A stretch of DNA of 64,000 nucleotides. It comes from Chthoniobacterales bacterium. GTDB lineage: Bacteria; Verrucomicrobiota; Verrucomicrobiia; Chthoniobacterales; UBA10450. The notes below the pieces were generated by a model. The model saw only the letters and a list, made by a program, of their open reading frames with translations, did not search any database and was not told the origin of the DNA. The position numbers and the translations under genes are program-made. The stretch lies in NCBI GenBank assembly GCA_035644055.1, contig DASQPH010000033.1:3308-67307 (forward strand), read 5' to 3'. Of the stretch, positions 1 through 8,588 are shown piece by piece (the stretch's first letter is position 1; each line of letters starts with the position of its first letter).

Positions 1-171
1 CTGGCAGGCGGCAAAGTCCGAAACTATGCGACGGACGGAAAGACCACTGAGACTGAGCTTAAAACCGGCGACGTAATCTATCGCGAGCCATTGACCCACG
101 CCGCGGAAAACATCGGCACCACGACTCTGCACATGATTCTCGTCGAGATGAAGGGGCCGCCTTCGCACTAG
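1..171 (+). CDS. 3' end of a cupin-like protein gene (partial, start lies outside the window)
   Basis: Frame 1 is open from the window edge to TAG at 169-171. The translation ...KTGDVIYREPLTHAAENIGTTTLHMILVEMKGPPSH looks like the last strands of a cupin_2 barrel. It is missing from the ORF track because no start codon is in the window. Confidence 0.4.
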   Translation: MAGGKVRNYATDGKTTETELKTGDVIYREPLTHAAENIGTTTLHMILVEMKGPPSH

Positions 172-212
172 TCGTTGTCCGCAGATTACACAGATTTACG
201 CAGATTTCTTCG

Positions 213-235
213 GGCTCATGATTCCATGAGCCTTT
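213..235 (+). terminator. Stem-loop downstream of the partial cupin gene (GGCTCATG-ATTC-CATGAGCC followed by TTT)
   Basis: Perfect 8-bp inverted repeat at 213-220/225-232 with a 4-nt loop and a short T tail, about 40 nt after the stop codon. Two further GC-rich hairpins follow at 241-261 and 299-319. Confidence 0.35.
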
Positions 236-372
236 GGTAGGGACGCCGCGCTGCGGCGTCCGGGAACGTCGACTGATTCCGCGCTGCTCTAGCGGGCCGG
301 ACGGCACTGCGCGCCGTCCTTACCCTGCGATTTCGTGCAGCAGCGTGTCTTGGACCCGTTTGTAAATGATGA

Positions 373-2478
373 ATGAAGACAAATTCAGGACTGATGACGG
401 CCGGGGTAGTTTGCGCGGCGGTGCTATTGACGAGTGAGCTCTCGGCGGCGCAAAGCGCGGAGACTAACGGTGATGCATCGGCCGCATTTCCGGGACCGCT
501 GGTAAGCTTCCATGGTTCCACGGGCAGGCTCGACCCGCGCGACGCTAACACCCAGGCCATTGCCCGCGAAACGGCTAACGCGCTGGCGGGAGAGATCGAA
601 GAGCCGGTCATGACGCCGACGCGCAGCAGCTTCCTGGCGAAGTGGCACGCGGCGGCCGGTGCTACGGGCTACCGCCTCGATGTTTCTACTACTCCATCGT
701 TCGATAGCTATGTGAGCGGTTATAAGGACCGCGATATTGGCAATGCAACCAATCAGATCGTCAGCGGACTCGAGCGTGGGAAGCAATATTATTATCGAGT
801 CCGGGCGTATGATGCAGCCGGGATGGGCAGCGACAGTTCCGAAACCACACCGGCTACGACGGCGAACACTACCTCTGGCCTGGTCATTACTCCTACCTTC
901 GACTCCACGATCACTTCGGACCCGAGATCGAACGCCATCCAGGCGATGATTATTTCCACGATTCAAACCTACCAAACCCTCTTTAGCGATCCGATCACAG
1001 TCGCGATTCGTTTTCGATTCTCGGCAGTCGATGCGAACGGGAAGCCTATGGATAATCTGGTCGGGGCAAGTAATACAACGATCGATGGGATAGACTGGAA
1101 TACCTATATAACGGCTCTCAAAGCTGACGCGAAAACCGCCAATGACATGGCCGCTATCGCCACGTTGCCCACCAGTCCTTTAACCGCCGTCATCGTGTCG
1201 AAGAGTGCTGGAGGCCGGGCCATAGGGCTGAACACGCTCCCGGCAGATTTCGGTTTCGGCGGGGCGTACGATGGCGTCATCACGCTCAATTCGTCCAAGC
1301 CATGTCAATTCACGCGCCCGGTGTCGGCGGGGAATGCGGATGCCCGAATGTTCACCGAGCACGAGATCGACGAAGTGCTTGGCCTGGGGTCGCATCTGGG
1401 CAGCGCGCAGCCGCAATTTCTTTTCGCGCAAGACTTGTTCAGCTGGGCGAGTCTCAATGCGCGTAACACTACCGCCACGGGCGAGCGTCATTTCTCGATC
1501 GACCGTGGATTGCATTTCATCGTGACCTTTAACCAGGATCCGGGCGGCGATTATGGCGACTGGGAGAGCGAGCCGCAGTGCCCGCAAAATCATACGCTGG
1601 TCCAAAACGCCTGGAACTGCTACGGTCAAAGCGCGGAAATTTCCGCAACGTCGCCAGAAGGCATTAACCTCGACGTCGTTGGCTACGACCTCGTTACTGG
1701 CAACGGCGGCAATGGAGTCCTGGGAAATATTTCGACGCGACTACCGGTAGGCAGCGGTGACAACATTCTTATCGCCGGTTTTCAGATTACGGGCAGCAGT
1801 TCCAAACAACTCGTGGTGCGCGCGCTCGGGCCAAGCCTGGCGCAATTTGGATTAACTAATGTATTGCCGGATACCACGCTGGAACTGCACGATTCCACCG
1901 GCGCGATCATCGCGACCAATGATGACTGGCAGAACGGCGCGAATTCTCAATCCATTCCTTCAGCGTTACGACCAACAAATCAACTGGAATCAGCCATTTT
2001 TGCCACACTTGGCCGCGGCGCCTATACCGCAGTCTTGCGCGGGTATAACAACAGCACCGGCATCGGCCTGGTAGAAGTCTACGATACGTCGATTGGGAGC
2101 ACACAGCTGGGCAACATTTCCACGCGAGGTTTCGTGCAGACCGGCGATAACGTGATGATCGCCGGATTGGTCGTGCAATCTCAGAACAAGCAGGTAGTGG
2201 TGCGCGCGCTTGGACCGACGCTAACCCGCTTCGGGATCAACAACGCGCTGTCCGATCCGACGTTGTCGCTCTACGATAGGAACGGTGTTTTGCTTATCTC
2301 TAACGATGATTGGAGAGACACCCAGGAAAGCATTATCTCCAGCACCGGGCTGGCGCCGTCGGACGATTTGGAATCCGCAATCGCGGGGACGCTCGCGCCT
2401 GGGAGTTACACCGCAATCGTGCGCGGCTTTGAGAACGCGACCGGCAATGCACTGGTAGAAGTATACGGGCTGAACTAA
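373..2478 (+). CDS. Secreted multidomain protein: signal peptide, FN3-like domain, metalloprotease-like core with a degenerate zinc motif, tandem C-terminal NISTR/VEVY module
   Basis: 701-aa ORF. N-terminus MKTNSGLMTAGVVCAAVLLTSELSAAQS is signal-peptide-like. FN3-like stretch: GYRLDVSTTPSFDSYVSGYKDRDIGNATNQIVSGLERGKQYYYRVRAYD. Metzincin-like segment: FTEHEIDEVLGLGSH. The last ~250 aa are two copies of the module shared with three other ORFs. Confidence 0.85.
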   Translation: MKTNSGLMTAGVVCAAVLLTSELSAAQSAETNGDASAAFPGPLVSFHGSTGRLDPRDANTQAIARETANALAGEIEEPVMTPTRSSFLAKWHAAAGATGYRLDVSTTPSFDSYVSGYKDRDIGNATNQIVSGLERGKQYYYRVRAYDAAGMGSDSSETTPATTANTTSGLVITPTFDSTITSDPRSNAIQAMIISTIQTYQTLFSDPITVAIRFRFSAVDANGKPMDNLVGASNTTIDGIDWNTYITALKADAKTANDMAAIATLPTSPLTAVIVSKSAGGRAIGLNTLPADFGFGGAYDGVITLNSSKPCQFTRPVSAGNADARMFTEHEIDEVLGLGSHLGSAQPQFLFAQDLFSWASLNARNTTATGERHFSIDRGLHFIVTFNQDPGGDYGDWESEPQCPQNHTLVQNAWNCYGQSAEISATSPEGINLDVVGYDLVTGNGGNGVLGNISTRLPVGSGDNILIAGFQITGSSSKQLVVRALGPSLAQFGLTNVLPDTTLELHDSTGAIIATNDDWQNGANSQSIPSALRPTNQLESAIFATLGRGAYTAVLRGYNNSTGIGLVEVYDTSIGSTQLGNISTRGFVQTGDNVMIAGLVVQSQNKQVVVRALGPTLTRFGINNALSDPTLSLYDRNGVLLISNDDWRDTQESIISSTGLAPSDDLESAIAGTLAPGSYTAIVRGFENATGNALVEVYGLN
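1720..2475 (+). other. Tandem C-terminal module, copies A1 (1720-~2090) and A2 (~2091-2475)
   Basis: LGNISTRLPVGSGDNILIAGF...VVRALGPSL...TTLELHDSTG...NDDW...ESAI...YTAVLRG...GIGLVEVYD, then LGNISTRGFVQTGDNVMIAG...VVRALGPTL...PTLSLYDRNG...NDDW...ESAI...YTAIVRG...ALVEVYGLN-stop. Confidence 0.8.
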
Positions 2479-2728
2479 GCCGTATTTTGATTCGGCAAGC
2501 GCTATTTTAGCAGCGGAGTGCACGACCTGATCGCGACGCTCGACCAGCAAAACGCCGTGGAAAATTCGATGCGCCGAACCGGACACCTGATGCTGGCCGG
2601 GGAACGTCGTGTGACGGATGTTTTCGAAGCAGCGGACGGGAGAACCCGAAAACCGACCTCAGATTAGAAACTCTCGCCTTGTTTGTCGGGTTTCGCTTTA
2701 CTCAGTGACAACTCAAACCACAGTAAAC

Positions 2729-3379
2729 ATGGCAAAATTTGTCCTTTCCTTCTTTGCAGCCCTGATGCTTGGCCATGGCGCCTTTGCCGGAAACGAAGCG
2801 AAGATCGTCATCCCCGCTTTTGATGATAAATACTCAGGCTTTGTCAGGCAGCTCGAAGCGGGACAGACCGATATCAACTACACCGAATTCCGAAACAGTT
2901 TTCTCGAGAGCGAACAATTCAAGGTTGTAGCTAATCAGAGCCCCGATTTGCGGACCTTGAGAACGACGATGCGTGAGCTGATGAAGAGCTCGAAGTATCC
3001 CGAAATCATCGACGTCACGAAAAAAATCTTAAGCCTCGACTATACCGACATGGAGGCGCACAAGATTCTGCAGCAGACCTACAAAATCCTGGGCGACACT
3101 GGCAACGCGAAGAAGTACCACGACATCGAGTTCGGTCTGTTGAATTCGATTGTCAGAAAAGGCGACGGAAAAAGTTGTCGAACCGGCTGGCCGGTCGTCC
3201 AGGTTGAGGAGGAATACTTCATCCTGGGCATGTTGGGCGCGAACGTACGAAAGCAGTCGGTGGATAATACCGGGGGCGTTTGCGATAGGATAGAAGTCGA
3301 GACCCCGGAAGGAAACGCGACCTATTATTTTGAGATAAGCAAAGTGTTTGAGGGATACAAGAAGCGCGGTCTCAAGTGA
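2729..3379 (+). CDS. Secreted hypothetical protein (possibly DUF4919-like helical repeat protein)
   Basis: The ORF track gives 2618-3379. ATG at 2729 yields MAKFVLSFFAALMLGHGAFAG, a clean signal peptide. The family guess rests only on the segment SIVRKGDGKSCRTGWPVVQVEEEYFIL recalled from memory. Confidence 0.65.
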   Translation: MAKFVLSFFAALMLGHGAFAGNEAKIVIPAFDDKYSGFVRQLEAGQTDINYTEFRNSFLESEQFKVVANQSPDLRTLRTTMRELMKSSKYPEIIDVTKKILSLDYTDMEAHKILQQTYKILGDTGNAKKYHDIEFGLLNSIVRKGDGKSCRTGWPVVQVEEEYFILGMLGANVRKQSVDNTGGVCDRIEVETPEGNATYYFEISKVFEGYKKRGLK

Positions 3380-3452
3380 CGTCCCGCAGATATCATACGA
3401 ACGCGGCGATCATAAGTCTTCGCGCTCCGTGGTGGAGGAAGGGTCAATTCGT

Positions 3453-4364
3453 GTGTCGATAAACTCTCGCCCACGGACCGCGGCTCTGGTTAGCATCGTC
3501 GCTTCGCTCGCATCTGCCGGAGCCGCCGCCTCGGCGGGGTTGAATTTTGCGGGCGTGCCTCTTACTCCCGGTGCAACGGTGCGCGCGAACGTGCCACTAA
3601 GCGCTTCGGAAAAATCCTACGTCGCGGAAGGCGGCAACGCGGTGCCGCCTTACACGGTAGCCATGCTGGCCGCGCCGCCGGGTTTCGATCCGAAGAAAAC
3701 CTGGCCGGTCCTGGTGATCTTTTCGTCGAGCGATCACCAACATCAAAACCGTGATGACCTCAGAATGCTCTACCGACGCACCGCGCTCACGGAAGGCTGG
3801 GTTTTACTCGCGGGCGATGGACCAGTGCCGGCGCCTCGCGCGGATAGTCCCGGCTGGCGCGCCGGTCATACCCTCGCGGCGCTGGATGCACTCCATCGGA
3901 GTTTCCCTGGTTCGAAACAATGGCCGGTCGCCTGCGCTGGGCAGTCAGGTGGATCGAAACGGGCAAGCTATCTTGCGCCACTCCTTGCAGTCGCCGGAAA
4001 TCGAATCATTGGAATTTTTCTGGAGGGTATCACCCAGGAGGAACTGCCGGCGCCATCGGAGCCCGCAGTTTCCAACGAGTGGGTGGTGGGTCATCCCAGC
4101 GTTTGTTGCGAAGGGATCACGGACGGTTACCGGCGGTTTCAACCAGGCAGCAGTTTTCTCCGCACTCCCATATTCTTAAGCACCGGCCTCTTTGACAAGA
4201 TAGCCACGCCCGAACAACAAACTGCGGTCGCAGAGTCGATGCGACGCGCAGGATTCACAAACATCAGGCACGCGACGTTTCCCGGAGGTCACGTCGTGAT
4301 GCACGCCCACGTTCAGGAAGCGCTTCGCTGGTTCTGGAAAGGAGTTTGGAAACGAGGATCCTGA
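3453..4364 (+). CDS. Secreted alpha/beta-hydrolase-like protein (esterase/dienelactone-hydrolase type)
   Basis: ORF 3348-4364. GTG at 3453 is preceded by GGAGGAAGGG and avoids overlap with the upstream gene. Hydrophobic leader ALVSIVASLASAGAAASA. Nucleophile-elbow-like GQSGGS. C-terminal ...FPGGHVV. Confidence 0.6.
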   Translation: MSINSRPRTAALVSIVASLASAGAAASAGLNFAGVPLTPGATVRANVPLSASEKSYVAEGGNAVPPYTVAMLAAPPGFDPKKTWPVLVIFSSSDHQHQNRDDLRMLYRRTALTEGWVLLAGDGPVPAPRADSPGWRAGHTLAALDALHRSFPGSKQWPVACAGQSGGSKRASYLAPLLAVAGNRIIGIFLEGITQEELPAPSEPAVSNEWVVGHPSVCCEGITDGYRRFQPGSSFLRTPIFLSTGLFDKIATPEQQTAVAESMRRAGFTNIRHATFPGGHVVMHAHVQEALRWFWKGVWKRGS

Positions 4365-4573
4365 CCTCTGACTTCTGATGCTATCTCGGATTTAGCAGCT
4401 CGGTGCGCCGGATCTCATTAATATTATGAGGAAATTCGGCGATCACCGTTTTGCATTGCCCGGCGGACCGCGCCGTTGATACTCGCACCAACTGATTTCC
4501 AGCTGTGGACAGTATGCGAATTTCAGTTAGTAAGGCCGATCACAATGGGTTCGGCATGCGTTCCTATTAAGTC

Positions 4574-5239
4574 GTGTTACACCTCTGGACCCAACGGCGA
4601 CGGGTAGTAAGCCTGCTGGTGCTCGTTTTGTTTGGACTGGCCCCGGTTCGAGCCGGGGTTTCGGTTTGGGCCTCGGCGCCGAAACCTAAGTTTCCGGAAG
4701 CGGCGCTTAGCAGAGGCAAGGAGGGCTACGTTATTGTTCGCGCGCGGATTGGCAGCGATGGCAACGTTACCGACGCGGCGATCGCGCGTTCGAGCGGCGA
4801 CGCGACGCTCGACGAGACGGCTCGAAGCACTGTCCTGAAGTGGAGGATGAACCCGGCCGCGATCAAACCGGAGTATCGGACAAGCGGATACCAAGTCCGC
4901 TTTGATTTCCGACAGGAGGCGCCTATCGCAGTCAGGTACCGCGATCGGGCCGGTTATTTTTCTACTTATCGGAGCGCGCAGATGTGGAAGTCTGTGTCGA
5001 TCCCCAAATACCCGATCCACGAAGCCGGAATGAAAGCAGAGGGCACAACAATGGTGGGGGTTACCATCGGCCCGGGTGGCGAGATCGTCAGCGTCGAGGT
5101 GGTGAAAACGTCCGGTTATCCTAATCTCGACAAAGCTGCGCTCGCGGCGGTGCATCGGTGGCGCGCCCACGAGCAGTATGCCGGCCGGCGCGTGGTCGTG
5201 CCGGTCCAATTCACGCGGCAGGCATTACGGCGGCGATAG
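4574..5239 (+). CDS. Periplasmic protein with two tandem TonB C-terminal-like domains
   Basis: Two repeats match the TonB_C pattern: PKFPEAALSRGKEGYVIVRARIGSDGNVTDAAIARSSGDATLDETARSTVLKWRMNP and PKYPIHEAGMKAEGTTMVGVTIGPGGEIVSVEVVKTSGYPNLDKAALAAVHRWR. Signal-peptide-like N-terminus. Confidence 0.75.
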   Translation: MLHLWTQRRRVVSLLVLVLFGLAPVRAGVSVWASAPKPKFPEAALSRGKEGYVIVRARIGSDGNVTDAAIARSSGDATLDETARSTVLKWRMNPAAIKPEYRTSGYQVRFDFRQEAPIAVRYRDRAGYFSTYRSAQMWKSVSIPKYPIHEAGMKAEGTTMVGVTIGPGGEIVSVEVVKTSGYPNLDKAALAAVHRWRAHEQYAGRRVVVPVQFTRQALRRR

Positions 5240-5368
5240 CCAATCGATTCGGCAAGCGGCGCGCTTGCCCTACAAATCTATCTCAGCCAAGGCTTGCCAG
5301 TTTCCTTCGCTCCGGTTAGAACGAGACACCGTTGGCAAAGCGTTCCTCGTTTGAGCAACCTATAGCTC

Positions 5369-5701
5369 ATGCGCCTTAATCATATCCACGTCGCTGTGCG
5401 AGATCTTAGCGGAGCCGTGGAGTGGCTGGATCGAGTGTGGCGATTGAAAGCTGACTTTCAGAACGAGCGGCTCGCTACCTTTTCTTTCGGCGATTTCATT
5501 CTCATCCTCGACGCAGCCGACACGGAGAGCCCGGCCACCATCGGTTTCGAAAGCGACGACTGCGACCGGGACTTTCGCGCTGTTATCGAACGCGGAGCGG
5601 TAGCTATTGAACCTCCGGCCGATAAGCCATGGGGAGCCCGTTCGGCTTACATTCAGGGTCCCGGTCGTCTAACCTTTGAAATTGAACAACCGCTAAAATG
5701 A
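5369..5701 (+). CDS. VOC (glyoxalase/bleomycin-resistance/dioxygenase) family protein
   Basis: 110 aa. MRLNHIHVAVRDLSGAVEW... is a typical VOC N-terminus. C-terminal KPWGARSAYIQGPGRLTFEI. Confidence 0.8.
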   Translation: MRLNHIHVAVRDLSGAVEWLDRVWRLKADFQNERLATFSFGDFILILDAADTESPATIGFESDDCDRDFRAVIERGAVAIEPPADKPWGARSAYIQGPGRLTFEIEQPLK

Positions 5702-5702
5702 T

Positions 5703-6068
5703 ATGACACCAACGTTTGGTAACGGAAAAATCTGCTACGTCGAATTGCCTGCGACCGATATCAGTCTTTCCGCGTCGTTCTACGAAAAGGTTTTCGATTG
5801 GAAGACAAGACGGCGCGGGGATGGCTCGATCGCGTTTGATGATGGCGTAGGACAAGTAAGCGGCACCTGGGTGATGGGTCGCCCGCCGGCGACACCGGGA
5901 TTACTCATCTATATCATGATGGATAGTGTAGCAGCGACAGTGGACGCTATTGTCGCAAATGGCTGCGAGATTGTTCAGCCGATCGGCGCGGATGCGCCTG
6001 AGATCACCGCGCGCTTTCGCGATCCCGGCGGAAACATCATGGGGCTTTATCAAAATCCGGCCGGCTAG
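5703..6068 (+). CDS. VOC (glyoxalase) family protein
   Basis: 121 aa. ICYVELPATDISLSASFYEKVFDW ... RFRDPGGNIMGLYQ. Starts 1 nt after the previous VOC gene. Confidence 0.8.
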   Translation: MTPTFGNGKICYVELPATDISLSASFYEKVFDWKTRRRGDGSIAFDDGVGQVSGTWVMGRPPATPGLLIYIMMDSVAATVDAIVANGCEIVQPIGADAPEITARFRDPGGNIMGLYQNPAG

Positions 6069-6120
6069 GTATTTTTTTTGGCTCGGCAAAGGGTGCGCTT
6101 GCCCTACAATCAAGAAATAG

Positions 6121-8574
6121 ATGTCCGCACTGGAGATCGAACCCAGACAAGAAAGGATCAGCAGCCGTCATTATCTCGGCATTTTCCTTTTGTCGCTCGC
6201 GACGCTCTTACTTGAATTGAGCCTGACCCGCGTGCTGTCGGTCGCGCTTTGGTATCACTTCGGTTTTTTGGTTATCTCCACGGCGTTACTCGGGTTCGGG
6301 ACCTCCGGGGTGGTGCTTGCGCTGTGGAGGCGCTTGCGCGAGCTCGCCTCGCTCGATCACGCGCTCGCACTGCTGGCGTTACTCTTCGGCGTCCTGACTG
6401 TTCTTTGTTTTTGGCTCATGCAACGAATCCCGTTCGATCCGTTCAGTCTCTTTTCCGATAAGCGGCAACTGGCCTTCATGCCGCTTTACTATATCGTCAT
6501 CTCACTTCCCTTCTTCTGTTCCGGGCTCGCCCTGGCACTCCTGTTCACTCGTGGCGGTCCGCGGGTGAATCGCCTTTACGCTTTCGATCTCGTCGGTGCC
6601 GGGGTGGGCTGTGGAGCGCTGGCGCTGGTTATGCCGGCTTTCGGCGGCTCAGGCTCGGTTCTTTTGGCAGCAGCCCTAGGACTGATGGCGGCAACGATCT
6701 TTGGTTTTCGCAGTGCGAACAAGATAGCGGTCCTGGCCGTTCTCCTGGCGATAGGTTGTTTCGCCCTCGCTTTTTTCGCGGGACGGATTCTTCCGATCTC
6801 TATCACGCCTAACAAACGCACTCCACCGGAGCCTCCGATCTACACCGCCTGGAACACGTTCTCCAAGATTGACGTTTTTGAATTCAAGGCGCTGCCGCAA
6901 GCTCCGGCCGGTCGCGGCGCGCGTCGTTTTATTTTCGACGCGGGAACGGCAGGTACCGGTATGACGGATCTCCGCCCGAACGTCCGCCAGGTTTTACCCC
7001 AACTCGAAGGACACCACGATTTCACTTCGAACATCGCTTATATCGGAAAGACGCGGCCGAGTGTCTTGATCATCGGCAGTGGCGGTGGCGGACAAGTCCT
7101 CGATGCCTTGCATTATGGCGTGGAAAAAGTGATCGCGGTCGAGATTAACCCGATCATCAATGAGGTGATTACCAACCGGATGCGCGATTACTGGGGCGAC
7201 TTATATCAGCAATCGGAAGTAGAAGTAGTCACGGAAGAAGGACGAAGCTTTGTCCGCCGCTCGAAGGAGCAATATGACGCGATCATTTCCGTGCATACGA
7301 TCAGCAATGCGGCTATCGCTTCTGGCGCGCTGAGTCTGGCCGAGAACTACGTCCTGACCAAGGAAGCATTTGAGGATTACCTCGATCATCTCAAGCCGGA
7401 TGGCGTCCTTTACTTCACGCGTCCGGAAGCGCAGATTCCGCGGCTTTTCTCCACCGGGCGTGAAGCTTTGGCGGCGCGCGGGATCACAGATTTCAAACCG
7501 CATTTTTTCGCCTATTGCAATCCGCCGGAAAGACAAGTCGTCGCTCCAGGACCGAATCGGCTTTCGTTCAGCGCCGGATTTCTCATGAAGAAATCGCCCT
7601 TCACCACTCCGGAGATTGACGCGATCGAGAAGATTCTAAAAGTAGGTCAGGAGCCAGCGACACCAGACAATCAGACAACCGAAGTTCGTTACCGTCCCAA
7701 CGAGCCGGGGTCCGATTCAATTTATGAACGCCTTTTGACGGCGCCGGATCTGGGCGCGGTCTACGCTTCGGAGACGGCTCAAATCGAACCAGCCACGGAC
7801 GACCGCCCGTTCTTCAACCAACACACGCGCTGGTCCAGCATCAACCGTAAGACTTTTCAGGACATCTTTACGCAAAACCGTGGCGGGCGCATGGCGCTGG
7901 AAGATCGGCCTGTCGCCGAAGTAACGCTTATCGTTTTGCTCGCGCAATCAGTTGTTATCGCCGCGGTCTTGATTCTCCTACCGCTGCTAAAGTTCTCCCG
8001 CCAGGGCTTGAGTGTGCCTAACCGCGGAAGTTTCCTTATCTATTTCGCTGGTCTTGGCCTCGGGTTCATCATGATAGAGATTGCGCTACTCCAGCGCTTC
8101 ACTCTGTTTCTCGGTCAACCGGTTTATACCTTCGCCGTTGTTCTTGCAGCATTGCTCATCTTTACCGGAATTGGCGCCGCCCTATCCGACAGGTTCGGAG
8201 CCGCGGTGCGAAAAAGCCTCCGCCTGATTGTGCCACTAATCCTGCTCGCGTTAGTCCTAACTGCCTTCCTGACACCTTACATTTTTAACATGGCCCTTGG
8301 TTGGTCACTGCCGAGTCGCGTGGGTATCTCAGTCTTGATTCTCGCACCATTGGGCATCCTCCTCGGGATGCCATTCCCGAGCGGCTTGAGAATCGTAGGT
8401 CAAGAAGCACCGGCCTTGGTTCCGTGGGCCTGGGGCGTGAACGGATTCTTTACCGTTATCGGAACCGTCGCTGCGCTGATATTAGGAATGGCTTTTGGCT
8501 TTAAAGCCGTTCTTGTTATTGCCGCGCTCTGCTATCTGGGGGCCTTAGCTGCCGTGGCATCAAGTCGGCGCTAG
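6121..8574 (+). CDS. Fused polytopic membrane / spermidine-synthase-like (SAM-fold) protein
   Basis: 817 aa with multiple hydrophobic helices at both ends. The central soluble domain has a Rossmann-type motif VLIIGSGGGGQVLDALHYGVEKVIAVEINP and DAIISV. Confidence 0.8.
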   Translation: MSALEIEPRQERISSRHYLGIFLLSLATLLLELSLTRVLSVALWYHFGFLVISTALLGFGTSGVVLALWRRLRELASLDHALALLALLFGVLTVLCFWLMQRIPFDPFSLFSDKRQLAFMPLYYIVISLPFFCSGLALALLFTRGGPRVNRLYAFDLVGAGVGCGALALVMPAFGGSGSVLLAAALGLMAATIFGFRSANKIAVLAVLLAIGCFALAFFAGRILPISITPNKRTPPEPPIYTAWNTFSKIDVFEFKALPQAPAGRGARRFIFDAGTAGTGMTDLRPNVRQVLPQLEGHHDFTSNIAYIGKTRPSVLIIGSGGGGQVLDALHYGVEKVIAVEINPIINEVITNRMRDYWGDLYQQSEVEVVTEEGRSFVRRSKEQYDAIISVHTISNAAIASGALSLAENYVLTKEAFEDYLDHLKPDGVLYFTRPEAQIPRLFSTGREALAARGITDFKPHFFAYCNPPERQVVAPGPNRLSFSAGFLMKKSPFTTPEIDAIEKILKVGQEPATPDNQTTEVRYRPNEPGSDSIYERLLTAPDLGAVYASETAQIEPATDDRPFFNQHTRWSSINRKTFQDIFTQNRGGRMALEDRPVAEVTLIVLLAQSVVIAAVLILLPLLKFSRQGLSVPNRGSFLIYFAGLGLGFIMIEIALLQRFTLFLGQPVYTFAVVLAALLIFTGIGAALSDRFGAAVRKSLRLIVPLILLALVLTAFLTPYIFNMALGWSLPSRVGISVLILAPLGILLGMPFPSGLRIVGQEAPALVPWAWGVNGFFTVIGTVAALILGMAFGFKAVLVIAALCYLGALAAVASSRR

Positions 8575-8588
8575 GTCCCCTCGCCGCG

